Origin: Mycolicibacterium smegmatis
GTDB taxonomy: Bacteria > Actinomycetota > Actinomycetes > Mycobacteriales > Mycobacteriaceae
Assembly (NCBI RefSeq): GCF_001457595.1
Contig: NZ_LN831039.1
Coordinates: forward strand, 3,960,001-3,992,000
Direction: 5' to 3'
DNA: 32,000 nt
How positions within the stretch are numbered: the first letter of the stretch is position 1; every line of letters begins with the position of its first letter. Below, piece after piece: positions 6,900-15,999 of the stretch. The translations under genes and the position numbers were made by a program. The notes under the pieces were generated by a model, which worked only from the letters and a program-made list of their open reading frames with translations, was not told the origin of the DNA and did no database searches.

Positions 6900-8441
6900 G
6901 TGGCGATGGCAGTTGAATTCGACCAGGGCACGGGGGCGGGAAGTACTGCGCCCCGTGACAATTCGGCCACCCTGAAACGTGGTGCGATCGGTCTTGCCGG
7001 CGTCGTGTTCATGGTGGTGGCCTTCTCGGCGCCGATAACGGCGATGACCGGCAACCTGCCGGTGGCCGTGGGCTTCGGCAACGGACTCGGTGCGCCGGGC
7101 GGATTCCTCATCGCAACCGTCGTCCTGACCATCTTCAGCATCGGCTTCGTGGCGCTGGCCCGCCACATCACCGCGGCCGGGGCGTTCTACACGTTCGTCT
7201 CACGCGCGTGGTCACGAATTCCCGGCCTGGCCGCAGGTGTCATGCCGGCCTTCACCTACATGACCATGGAAGCCGGACTCGTCGGCATCTTCTCGGCGTT
7301 CGCCGATCAGGCCTTCTCGATGCAGTTCGGCATCGATCTGCCGTGGGAGGTCTACGCGGTGATCGGCCTGGTCGCCATCGCGGCGCTGTCGCACTTCGAC
7401 ATCTCGGTGGCAGCCAAGGTGCTCGGCGTGGTGCTGGTCGCCGAGATCATCATGCTGTCGATGACCGCGATCGCGGGCCTGGTCCACCACCCCGACGGCA
7501 TGAGCTTCACATCGCTGAACCCGGTGACCGCGCTGAGCGTCAACAACGTCGCAGGCGGCGTGGTCGGCCTCGGCCTGCTTATGGCGTTCTGGTCGTGGGT
7601 CGGATTCGAGTCGACGGCCATCTACGGCGAGGAGTCGAAGAACCCCAAGCGCATCGTGCCGCTGGCGACGATGATCGCGGTGATCGGTATCGGCGTGTTC
7701 TACACCTTCATCTCGTGGGGCGTCGTCGTCGGCAACGGACCCGACAAGGCGGTCGAACTCGCTTCCGGGCCTGCACCTTTCGACCTGCTGTACGTCCCGA
7801 CCGCGGAGTACCTCGGACCATGGGCGGTGACGGTGTTCGAGTGGCTGGTGGTCGGCGGATCGTTCGCCTGCGCACTGGCGATCCACAACTCGGCCGCGCG
7901 GTACCTGTTCGCGTTCGGACGCGACGGCCTGCTGTGGCACCGCCTCGGTGAGGCCCACCCGAGGCACAGGTCGCCCTGGGTGGCATCGCTGGCCCAGAGC
8001 GCCTTCGCCGCAGTGCTTCTGGTGGTCTGCTCACTGACCAAGTCGGATCCCTACGCCGACCTGTTCGTGCTGGTGGCCATCCTGGCGACACTTCTGCTGC
8101 TGATCGTGCAGACGATGTGCTCGGTCGCGACCGTCGTGTACTTCCACGTCAAGAAGCAGCACCCCGAGACGGCATCATGGTGGCGAACCCTATTGGCCCC
8201 CATCATCGGAGGCGCGGGCATGCTCTACGTCATCTACCTGATGACCTCGAACATGCAGGCCGCGGCCGGCACCGCGTCGGACACCTTGTTCTTCAAGTTG
8301 ATCCCGTACGCGGTGGTCGGACTGACCCTCGGGTCCATGCTGCTGGCGCTGTACTGGCGCAAGGCCCGGCCCGACCTCTACGACCGGATCGGGAGCACGA
8401 TCTTCGACGATCGCGAACCCGTGCGCGAGCCGGCGAACTGA
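6900..8441 (+). CDS. APC-superfamily amino acid (or amine) permease
   Basis: 513-aa ORF with about 12 hydrophobic segments and an APC-like N-terminus (LKRGAIGLAGVVFMVVAFSAPITAMTGNL). The start is either GTG 6900 or ATG 6906; AGG at 6898-6900 favours 6906. Confidence 0.85.
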   Translation: MAMAVEFDQGTGAGSTAPRDNSATLKRGAIGLAGVVFMVVAFSAPITAMTGNLPVAVGFGNGLGAPGGFLIATVVLTIFSIGFVALARHITAAGAFYTFVSRAWSRIPGLAAGVMPAFTYMTMEAGLVGIFSAFADQAFSMQFGIDLPWEVYAVIGLVAIAALSHFDISVAAKVLGVVLVAEIIMLSMTAIAGLVHHPDGMSFTSLNPVTALSVNNVAGGVVGLGLLMAFWSWVGFESTAIYGEESKNPKRIVPLATMIAVIGIGVFYTFISWGVVVGNGPDKAVELASGPAPFDLLYVPTAEYLGPWAVTVFEWLVVGGSFACALAIHNSAARYLFAFGRDGLLWHRLGEAHPRHRSPWVASLAQSAFAAVLLVVCSLTKSDPYADLFVLVAILATLLLLIVQTMCSVATVVYFHVKKQHPETASWWRTLLAPIIGGAGMLYVIYLMTSNMQAAAGTASDTLFFKLIPYAVVGLTLGSMLLALYWRKARPDLYDRIGSTIFDDREPVREPAN

Positions 8442-8457
8442 CAGGCCGACACATGCC

Positions 8458-8497
8458 CGCCCGGTGCGATCCACTCCCCCCAGGATCGCACCGGGCG
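8458..8497. terminator. Bidirectional stem-loop between the convergent permease and gntR genes
   Basis: A 15-bp perfect stem (8458-8472 pairs with 8483-8497, core CCCGGTGCGATCC/GGATCGCACCGGG) with a 10-nt loop. There is no strong U-tract, as is common in mycobacteria. Confidence 0.55.
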
Positions 8498-8517
8498 TTC
8501 CATTCGAATGCGAAAGA

Positions 8518-9252
8518 TCAGCGCTTGAGCCAGGACTCGATGGTGTGGCGGGTGTCGTTGATGTGGGCTTCCATACGGGCCGCGGCCAACTCGGGCTCGC
8601 GGTTCTCGATGGCTTCGAGGATCGACTCGTGATAGTCGTTGGCGTTCGGTTCCAGCCTGCCGAAGATCGCGCCGACCGGCAGCCACATCCGCCGGCGCGC
8701 GTCGGCCACCGCGTCCAGCAGGCGATCGTTCTGGGCGGCCTGGGCGATGCCGAGGTGGAACGCCGAGTCCAGCGTCTGAAAGTCGGTGGTGTGCTTGGGC
8801 GACTGGTCGTCCAGCGCGGTCTTGAGCGCCTCGTCCATGCCGTTGAGCAGCTTGTGCAGGTCGTTGAGGTCCGCCGCGCGGCGGCGTTCGGCCGCAAGCC
8901 GTGTCGCGCCGGTCTCGACGACCACCCGGTAGTCGAAGGCGTCGCGGACGGCGCGTTTGTTGCGACGCATCTCGCGGCGCATCTCCACCGGATCGTATTC
9001 CGGTGCCTGCACCGTGAACCCGCCGCCGCGGCCCCGGCGCACCGCGATGAGACCTTCGCGTTCCAGCACGGCCACCGCGGTCCGCACGGTCGTCCTCGAG
9101 ACGTCGAGCATCTCCGAGAGCTCGCGCTCCGTCGGCAGCCTGTCGCCCGGACGGAACTGCCCGAGCTCCAAGGCCCGCCGCATCTGATCCACGACGAGTT
9201 CATGGGCCGGGATCTGCCGGACCGGGACCAAAGCTGGTTTCGCTGCTGTCAT
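8518..9252 (-). CDS. GntR-family transcriptional regulator, FadR subfamily (winged HTH plus FCD ligand domain)
   Basis: ATG at 9252 with SD GAAGGGGG 8 nt upstream. The N-terminal segment LPTERELSEMLDVSRTTVRTAVAVLEREGLIAVRRGRGGGFTV is a canonical GntR HTH. The helical C-terminal domain with conserved His/Asp (FHLGIA.., YHESILEAI) fits FCD. The 23 upstream codons of the track ORF are rejected. Confidence 0.88.
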   Translation of the reverse strand: MTAAKPALVPVRQIPAHELVVDQMRRALELGQFRPGDRLPTERELSEMLDVSRTTVRTAVAVLEREGLIAVRRGRGGGFTVQAPEYDPVEMRREMRRNKRAVRDAFDYRVVVETGATRLAAERRRAADLNDLHKLLNGMDEALKTALDDQSPKHTTDFQTLDSAFHLGIAQAAQNDRLLDAVADARRRMWLPVGAIFGRLEPNANDYHESILEAIENREPELAAARMEAHINDTRHTIESWLKR

Positions 9253-9343
9253 ATACCGGACCCCCTTCAAGTGTGCACAGGCTACCCCATATCCCCTGCT
9301 GAAGACGTATGCCTTGCCCAATAGACCAAAGAAAAAAATAAAA

Positions 9344-9365
9344 GTCCTAAAAACTTGACCTATAG
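9344..9365 (+). promoter_or_regulatory. Operator-like element copy B (GTCCTAAAAACTTGACCTATAG) overlapping a TTGACC -35-like hexamer
   Basis: 19 of 21 aligned positions (one 1-nt gap) are identical to copy C. The exact 9-mer GACCTATAG is shared (9357-9365 and 17732-17740). An extra half-site TAGACCAAA at 9322-9330 is identical to 6772-6780. Confidence 0.55.
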
Positions 9366-9425
9366 CCCTATTGCGTCGAAACTTGGTGGAGTTCAGCGCA
9401 GCTCACACTTCGAAGGGATCGTGGA

Positions 9426-10157
9426 TTGAGTAACAAGGTGATCGTGACGGGCGGGGCGGGCGTGATCGGTCAGGCGATCTGCCGTCGACTGCTGCAGAGC
9501 GACTACGTCCCGGTGGCGGCCGATCTCAAGCCCGCCGTGGACCAACTCGATCTGACGCAGGAGAACATGACCGGCGCGCTGAAGGTCGCGATGGACGTCT
9601 CGGACCGCGAGAGCGTGCAGAGCGCGGTGGACTCGGTGGTCGAGGACGGCGACACTCTTTACGGACTGGTCAATTGCGCTGGCATTCTTCGCGATTCGTT
9701 CCTCGGCGAGCTGGACGAGGCCAAGCTGGAGCTGATGTTCCAGGTGAACATCGCCGGCATGGCCCGGGTGACCGACGCGGTGGCACCGCATCTGCGTGAA
9801 GGGTCCGCGATCGTCAACATCGGCAGCCTCACCGGGCACTTCGGCCGTTTCCGCGGTGCCTCGGTGTACGGGGCGACCAAGGCCGGGATCGCCGCCTACA
9901 CCCGTTATCTGGCCGAGGAACTGGCCCCCCGCGGCATCCGCGTCAACAACATCGCCCCCGGCGTGATCCGGGCCCCGATGAGCCCGTCGATGGCCCGGGT
10001 GTCCGGCGGTGAGGAGATCAGCGCCAGTTACGCCATGCTCAAGCGCATCGGCGAACCCGAAGAGGTCGCCGAGGCCGTCGAATTCATGCTCTCACCGCGG
10101 GCGTCGTTCATCACCGCCCAGACCCTGCTCGTCGACGGCGGGGTGGTGGCCTGGTGA
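9426..10157 (+). CDS. Short-chain dehydrogenase/reductase (SDR 1)
   Basis: TTG start with SD GAAGGGA 7 nt upstream. Motifs: cofactor motif TGGAGVIG, NCAG, and catalytic S..YGATK. Confidence 0.85.
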   Translation: MSNKVIVTGGAGVIGQAICRRLLQSDYVPVAADLKPAVDQLDLTQENMTGALKVAMDVSDRESVQSAVDSVVEDGDTLYGLVNCAGILRDSFLGELDEAKLELMFQVNIAGMARVTDAVAPHLREGSAIVNIGSLTGHFGRFRGASVYGATKAGIAAYTRYLAEELAPRGIRVNNIAPGVIRAPMSPSMARVSGGEEISASYAMLKRIGEPEEVAEAVEFMLSPRASFITAQTLLVDGGVVAW

Positions 10158-11437
10158 CCACCGAGATCCACACCCCCACCGCCGCGACCGACGGGATCGA
10201 CGTCGAGGCGGCCAACGCCACCGCGTTCGCTCGCCTCGACGAGGCCGACCCGTGGGTGATCGACGTGCGCCCCGCCCGCGAGGTGCTCCCCGGCTACCGC
10301 GACAACGTGGTGCTGACCTCCGGGGCGCCGATGCCGTGGTCGGCCTACACCGGTGGGCAACGCGAAGCCCTCATCGGCGGCGCCCTGTTCGAAGGCCTGG
10401 CCGCCACCCGCGAGGAGGCCATCGCGAAGTTCGACGACGGCACCATCGAGGTCGGGGCGTGCCACGATTACGGCGCGGTCGGATCGCTCGCCGGGATCTA
10501 CACCGCCTCCATGCCGGTGTTCGTCGTGGAGAACCGCGCGCACGGCAACCTCGGGTTCTGCAACTTCTACGAAGGCAAAGAACCCCGCCGGCTGAACTAC
10601 GGCTGTTACGACGCCGGCGTCCACGAACGCCTCGAGCATGTCAACACCGTGCTGGCCCCGGTGGTCGGCGAGGCCATCCGCCGCCAGGGCGGCATCGCGC
10701 TCAAACCACTCATCGCCCGCGCCCTGCGGATGGGTGACGAGGTGCATTCCCGCAACGCCGCGGCCTCGATCCTGTTCAACCGCGAGATCCTGCCCGCGGT
10801 CCTCGACATGGTGGGCGAAGGTGTCGCCGGGGTGCGCGAGACCATGCTGCACCTGGCCGAGAACGACTACTTCTTCCTGCGTCTGTCCATGGCCGCGGCC
10901 AAGGCGTCGGCCGATGCCATGGTGACCCCGGGGTCGACGCTGGTGTCGGCGATGGCGTTCTCCTGTCGCGGGTTCGCCATCAAGCTCGCGGGCCTGGGCG
11001 ACCAGTGGTTCGAGGGGCCCCCGCCGATCCACCAGGGCAAGCTGTTCGCAGGCCACAGCGAAGACGAGATCACCTGGATGGGCGGGGAATCCCCGATCAC
11101 CGAGACCATCGGCCTCGGCGGGTTCGCCCAGGCGTGTGCCCTGTCGCTGCAGGAGTACCAGGGCGGACTGCCCGAGGTGATGATCGAGCGCAACCGCGAG
11201 ATGTACGCCATCACCCACGGCGAGAACAGCACCTACCGCATCCCGCTGTTCGCGTTCCGCGGCACCCCGACGGGCATCGACGCACGCAAGGTCCTCGACA
11301 CCGGCGTCCTGCCGGTCATGGACGTCGGCCTGGCCGGACGCGACGGCGGGCAGATCGGCGCGGGCGTCATCCGAGCGCCGCGTGAGTGCTTCGCCGACGC
11401 CATGGCCGAGCACACCCGTAGATTCGGACGACCATGA
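10154..11437 (+). CDS. DUF1116-family protein (YlbE/AllG-like), function unknown in this context
   Basis: 427-aa ORF. The GTG start overlaps the SDR1 stop (GTGA). Overall length and blocks such as GACHDYGAVGSLAGI, NFYEGKE, HSRNAAAS and GGESPITETIGLGGFA match my recollection of the YlbE family. This needs HMM confirmation. Confidence 0.65.
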   Translation: MTTEIHTPTAATDGIDVEAANATAFARLDEADPWVIDVRPAREVLPGYRDNVVLTSGAPMPWSAYTGGQREALIGGALFEGLAATREEAIAKFDDGTIEVGACHDYGAVGSLAGIYTASMPVFVVENRAHGNLGFCNFYEGKEPRRLNYGCYDAGVHERLEHVNTVLAPVVGEAIRRQGGIALKPLIARALRMGDEVHSRNAAASILFNREILPAVLDMVGEGVAGVRETMLHLAENDYFFLRLSMAAAKASADAMVTPGSTLVSAMAFSCRGFAIKLAGLGDQWFEGPPPIHQGKLFAGHSEDEITWMGGESPITETIGLGGFAQACALSLQEYQGGLPEVMIERNREMYAITHGENSTYRIPLFAFRGTPTGIDARKVLDTGVLPVMDVGLAGRDGGQIGAGVIRAPRECFADAMAEHTRRFGRP

Positions 11438-12228
11438 CCGTAGCCGCACAGACCGGACAAGCACCGACGAAGTCGCTCGCGTACACGTTCACCGGTGGCG
11501 ACGCCGTCGTCACCGGCGCAGCGTCGGGCATCGGTGCCGCCACGGCCGCGATGCTGATCTCGGCAGGTATCCGCACGATCCGCCTCGACATCCGCACACC
11601 CGAACCGGACCCTGGTTTCGGCGCAGACCTGCAGGTCTGCTGTGCCGCCGATGTCCGCGACCCGGATCTGCTCACCACGCTGCGTGGACAGGGCGCGCCC
11701 GTGGACACCGTGAGCTACGTGGTGAACTGCGCAGGCGTCATCGACGACACCGGATTCGCCGGTGTGAGTCGCGAGCACTGGCTGCGGTGCCTTGAGATCA
11801 ACCTGATGGGCGCCTACAACGTGCTCGACGCGTTCACCCCGGTGCTGCGGCAGAACCCACCGGCCGCGATCGTCAACGTCACCTCGATCGAGGCCGCCCG
11901 CGTCATCGCGCTGTCCAACCCCGATCCGACGCCGCAGTACGCCGCGTCCAAAGCCGGCCTGCGCATGCTGACCGAGACCAGCGCGCGGGCCCTGGCCGCC
12001 GACGGGATCCGCGTCAACAGCGTCGCGCCCGGATTCGTCGCGACGCCGATGGCCGCCGCGCACGGCAACACCGCGACCCTGCCGCCGTCGCTCGCACCGC
12101 GCGTGCCCGCGGGCCGATTCGCCCGGCCCGCCGAGATCGCCTGGGCCACCGCGTTCCTGCTGTGCGACCAGGCCACGTACATCACGGGTTCCGAACTGCG
12201 CGCCGACGGAGGATTTCAGCTGACATGA
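11434..12228 (+). CDS. Short-chain dehydrogenase/reductase (SDR 2)
   Basis: ATGA overlap with the DUF1116 gene. Motifs: TGAASGIG, NCAG, and catalytic S..YAASK. Confidence 0.85.
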   Translation: MTVAAQTGQAPTKSLAYTFTGGDAVVTGAASGIGAATAAMLISAGIRTIRLDIRTPEPDPGFGADLQVCCAADVRDPDLLTTLRGQGAPVDTVSYVVNCAGVIDDTGFAGVSREHWLRCLEINLMGAYNVLDAFTPVLRQNPPAAIVNVTSIEAARVIALSNPDPTPQYAASKAGLRMLTETSARALAADGIRVNSVAPGFVATPMAAAHGNTATLPPSLAPRVPAGRFARPAEIAWATAFLLCDQATYITGSELRADGGFQLT

Positions 12229-13295
12229 CGCGGACACCCGTCACCCGGAACCCGGTGGCCTACGAGCCGGCACTGGGCCGCAACGCGCGCACCGGCGACT
12301 GGCAGGAACTGGCGCGCGGCACGTTCCGCACCGCGATCGAACGCGTCGAGGCACAACAGTGGGAGGCCGCGGCGCAACTGGTCGAGGTGGCGGTGCTCGA
12401 AGCCGAGGAACTCAACGACGTCTACCAACGCTGGCCGGCCGCCACCATGCAGTGGATCCGCGACCACGATGTCGCTCAGGCCGACCTCGACCGTGCCCTC
12501 GCACGCCTCACCGCACTCATCGGAGACCAGGCCATGGCGGGGATCAACGCCGAGTGGCCCACGTTCACCGACGCGGTCGCGGTGGCCGCCCGCGCGTGCC
12601 GCGACCAGGACCCCGCGGCCGCCGGGCTGATCGAGACCGCCCGGCAGGCATGGCAGCAGATCCACGACCGTGCCGTCGACCGCGTCGCGGGCATCGTCGA
12701 CATCGCGGTCACGCTCGTCGGCGAACCAGCGCTCGGCGAGCTGTGGGATTTCCTCATGGCCGACTGGTACGAAATCCACGAGCGCCGTTACGCATTGGAC
12801 AACCAGCCGTGGAGCGAATCAGCACACCAGCTGATGATCGCGATCGTCGACGGTTTCCACGCACATCTGGCAGGCACCGGGCGCCAGGGCGACATCGAAC
12901 TCATCGAGGAGCCCGGGCGCACCGGATTCCGTTTCGCGCCATGCGGATCCGGTGGCCGGTCGCTCGACGCCCGCATCACCGACGGGGTACCCCGCTCCGG
13001 TGCACCGTTCGGTTTCGCCGTCACCACCGAACCACACGACTGGGCGTGGAACACCGTCGGCATCTGCTCGTACTGCGTGCACTGCTGCCAGCTCAACGAG
13101 GTCATGCCGATCGACCGGCTGGGCTACCCCACCCGCGTCATCGACCCGCCCACGTGGACACCGGATTCGCCGACCACATCCTGCACGTGGTGGGTGTACC
13201 ACGATCTCGCCGACATCCCCGACCACGTCTACCACCGCGTCGGGCGCGATCCCGCCCGCCGGCCGAGCCCGACCAGAAGGAGTGCCGATGGCTGA
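12225..13295 (+). CDS. Cys-rich protein of unknown function (356 aa)
   Basis: ATG at 12225 overlaps the SDR2 stop (ATGA). The N-terminal half is helical. The C-terminal half carries PCGSGG, CSYCVHCC and SCTWW cysteine motifs, which suggest a metal or Fe-S site. I recognise no family. The coding frame is supported by GC3 and by coupling on both sides. Confidence 0.7.
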   Translation: MTRTPVTRNPVAYEPALGRNARTGDWQELARGTFRTAIERVEAQQWEAAAQLVEVAVLEAEELNDVYQRWPAATMQWIRDHDVAQADLDRALARLTALIGDQAMAGINAEWPTFTDAVAVAARACRDQDPAAAGLIETARQAWQQIHDRAVDRVAGIVDIAVTLVGEPALGELWDFLMADWYEIHERRYALDNQPWSESAHQLMIAIVDGFHAHLAGTGRQGDIELIEEPGRTGFRFAPCGSGGRSLDARITDGVPRSGAPFGFAVTTEPHDWAWNTVGICSYCVHCCQLNEVMPIDRLGYPTRVIDPPTWTPDSPTTSCTWWVYHDLADIPDHVYHRVGRDPARRPSPTRRSADG

Positions 13296-14580
13296 CCACG
13301 TCGCGATGACGCAGCTCGAAGTCGCCGATTACGACCTCGGGCTGCGCGGCAAGCTGGTGCGCTCATCGAAGACGCACGGTGCGTCGGGCCTGGCGTTCTG
13401 CACCATCCTGTACGGCCTCTCGCTCATCGACGATGTCACCGACACGCCGTTCAGCAACGCCGCCAACGGCTATCCGGACGCCCAGCTGGTGCCCGACGAG
13501 ACCACCAGGGTCGCGCTGCCGTGGCGGCACGGCACCGACGCGGTGATCGCCGAACTCGTCGACGAGCAGGGCCGCCCGCTGGAGGTCTCGCCCCGCGCGG
13601 TGCTCGCCGGCCTCGCGGCCCGCTACGGCGAGCTGGGCCTGGCTCCCGTGCTGGGATACGAGTACGAGCTGTGGATCTTCCGCGACGGCGAGGGCACCTC
13701 ACCGCCGATCCTGGGTGGGAGACCCGCGCACGGCCGCACAGAGAACGCCTACAGCCTCACCCGGTGCGCCGAGATCAACGACATCGCAACAGAGTTCGTC
13801 AACCGGATGGACCAGATCGGCATCGAGGTCGAGATGTTCCACGCCGAACTGGGTCCCGGGTTCTTCGAGTTCACCCTCGCTCCCGAGACCGCGCTGCGGG
13901 CCACCGACAACGCCGCGCGGGCGCGGCAGTACCTGCGGGACCTGTGCGCCGAGCGCGGTCTGCACGCGAGCTTCATGGCCAAACCGTTCGCCGACAAGTC
14001 CGGTGCGGGCGGGCATGTGCACTCGAGTCTCACCCGTGACGGCAACAACGTGTTCTCCGACGGGGCGGGCGCGCTGTCGGCCGAGGGCAGCCGCTACCTG
14101 GCCGGACTGCTGGCCGGGATGGCCGACACGTCGCTCATGCTCAACCCACATGTCAACTCCTACAAGCGCATCGACCCTGAGATGTTCACACCGGCCCTGG
14201 CGAACTGGGGATATGACGACCGTGGCACCTCGGCCCGCGTGATCCTCCCCGATGCGAAGTCCGCCCGCGTCGAACACCGCCGCCCCGGCGCCGACGCCAG
14301 CCCCTACCTGGTCGCCGCGGCGCTGCTGGCCGCGGGTCTGCGCGGCCTGCAGGAGGAGTTGCCGCTGCCGGAACGGGACGCCGAACCGACCGAACTGCCA
14401 GGGGATCTGGCAGGCGCGCTGGCGCATTTCGAGAACTCGACCTGGCTACCCGATCTGCTCGGCAAGGCGTTCTGCACGTCGTACGCCGCGACACGGCGGG
14501 CCGAACTGCAGCGGTACGAGCAGTGGCTACGCACGACGATCACCGACTGGGAACTGCATCGACACCTGGAGCACCAATGA
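13288..14580 (+). CDS. Glutamine synthetase-like ATP-dependent ligase 1 (gamma-glutamyl-amine synthetase type)
   Basis: ATG at 13288 with SD GAAGGAG 5 nt upstream, and an 8-nt overlap with the preceding gene. GS catalytic motifs are present: YEYELWIF, FHAELGPGFFEF, GAGGHVHSS, NSYKRI, VEHRRPGADASPY. Confidence 0.85.
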   Translation: MADHVAMTQLEVADYDLGLRGKLVRSSKTHGASGLAFCTILYGLSLIDDVTDTPFSNAANGYPDAQLVPDETTRVALPWRHGTDAVIAELVDEQGRPLEVSPRAVLAGLAARYGELGLAPVLGYEYELWIFRDGEGTSPPILGGRPAHGRTENAYSLTRCAEINDIATEFVNRMDQIGIEVEMFHAELGPGFFEFTLAPETALRATDNAARARQYLRDLCAERGLHASFMAKPFADKSGAGGHVHSSLTRDGNNVFSDGAGALSAEGSRYLAGLLAGMADTSLMLNPHVNSYKRIDPEMFTPALANWGYDDRGTSARVILPDAKSARVEHRRPGADASPYLVAAALLAAGLRGLQEELPLPERDAEPTELPGDLAGALAHFENSTWLPDLLGKAFCTSYAATRRAELQRYEQWLRTTITDWELHRHLEHQ

Positions 14581-15956
14581 GCAGCACATCTGCACTTCTC
14601 GACCTCGACCAGTTCGAAAAGCTCGCCGCGGCAGGCGAGATCACCACGGTGATCTGCGCGGCGCCCGATCCGTACGGCCGCCTGGTGGGCAAGCGCCTGA
14701 CCATATCGGCCTTCCGGACGCTGGGCCTCGACGGCGGCGGCGTGAACGCCAGCAGCTTCATCTTCGCGGTCGACCTCGAGATGAACCCACTCGACCTCCC
14801 GGTGTCCAACGCCGCCAACGGCTGGGTGGACATCCGTCTGGTCCCGGATCTCTCGACGCTGCGGCGCGTGCCGTGGGAACCCACGGCGGCACTGGTGATC
14901 TGCGACGCCTACCACATGGATTCCGACGAGCCGCTGGCCGTCGCTCCGAGAACCATTCTGCGCCAACAGATCGACCGGGCCGCGCAGCAGGGTCTGCGGT
15001 TCAAGTTCGCATCCGAACTCGAGTTCTACCTGTCGTGCACCCCGCCGCGTCAGGCGTGGGACCTGGGCTATCAGAACCTCAAGATGATGTCGGACTACCG
15101 GTCGGACTACCAGATGATCCAGGCCGCGCGCGACGACTGGTTCATCGAGCGGATCCGCAACCAGATGCCCGAGTTCGGCGTACCCATCGAATCGTCGAAA
15201 CCCGAATGGGGACTGGGCCAGCAGGAGGTCACACTCGACTACTGCGACACCTTGGAGATGGCCGACCGCCACGTACTGTTCAAGTACGGCGTCAAGCAGT
15301 TGACCCACAGCGCCGATCTGACCGTGACGTTCATGGCGAAACCCAAGATCGACGAGGTCGGCTCGTCGTGCCACCTGCACGTCAGCATGTGGTCGACCGA
15401 CGACGACCAACCGCTGTGCTGGTGTCCCGAGCGCCGCGGCATGTCGGACCGCTTCGGCGCGTTCGTGGCCGGGCAGTTGCGTCACGCCATCGACATGAGC
15501 CTGATGTACGCCCCGACGGTCAACTCCTACAAGCGCTTCAAGCCCGATCAGTTCGCCGGGACCGCGATCGCGCTGGGGATGGACAACCGGTCGTGCGCGT
15601 TCCGGCTCGTGGGCAACGGACCGTCGTTCCGGGTGGAGAACCGCATCCCCGGTGCGGACGTGAATCCTTACTACGCGTACGCGGCGACCATTGCGGCCGG
15701 CCTCGACGGCGTCGAGGCGAACCTGCCCGCACCCGACATCTTCGACGGCAACGCCTGGACCCGCGAAGGTGTGGCGACCGTGCCGACATCGTTGCACCGC
15801 TCGCTGGACCTGTTCGCCGAGAGCAAGATGGCCCGAACCGCGTTCGGCGACGAGGTGTTCGACCATCTGCTGTCCTCGGCGCAGGGCGAGTTGGAGGCGT
15901 TCGACTCGCACACCGTGACCGACTGGGAGTCGCGCCGCTACTACGAACGCGTCTGA
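14577..15956 (+). CDS. Glutamine synthetase-like ATP-dependent ligase 2 (gamma-glutamyl-amine synthetase type)
   Basis: ATGA overlap with ligase 1. GS catalytic motifs are present: SELEFYL, KPEWGLGQQEV, GSSCHLHVS, NSYKRF, FRVENRIPGADVNPY. Confidence 0.85.
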   Translation: MSSTSALLDLDQFEKLAAAGEITTVICAAPDPYGRLVGKRLTISAFRTLGLDGGGVNASSFIFAVDLEMNPLDLPVSNAANGWVDIRLVPDLSTLRRVPWEPTAALVICDAYHMDSDEPLAVAPRTILRQQIDRAAQQGLRFKFASELEFYLSCTPPRQAWDLGYQNLKMMSDYRSDYQMIQAARDDWFIERIRNQMPEFGVPIESSKPEWGLGQQEVTLDYCDTLEMADRHVLFKYGVKQLTHSADLTVTFMAKPKIDEVGSSCHLHVSMWSTDDDQPLCWCPERRGMSDRFGAFVAGQLRHAIDMSLMYAPTVNSYKRFKPDQFAGTAIALGMDNRSCAFRLVGNGPSFRVENRIPGADVNPYYAYAATIAAGLDGVEANLPAPDIFDGNAWTREGVATVPTSLHRSLDLFAESKMARTAFGDEVFDHLLSSAQGELEAFDSHTVTDWESRRYYERV

Positions 15957-15999
15957 CCAGCAATTCGTTTCTCATTGCATTGATTCAAAGGAGCAAAAC

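Noticed and set aside
9355-9383. Specific -35/-10 assignments for the operon and BVMO promoters: TTGACC-N17-GAAACT at 9355-9383, and TTGACA-N17-AATACT at 17702-17730.
   Set aside because: The -10 candidates deviate from TAnnnT, and the operator position relative to them differs between the two regions. They are not reported as promoter features.
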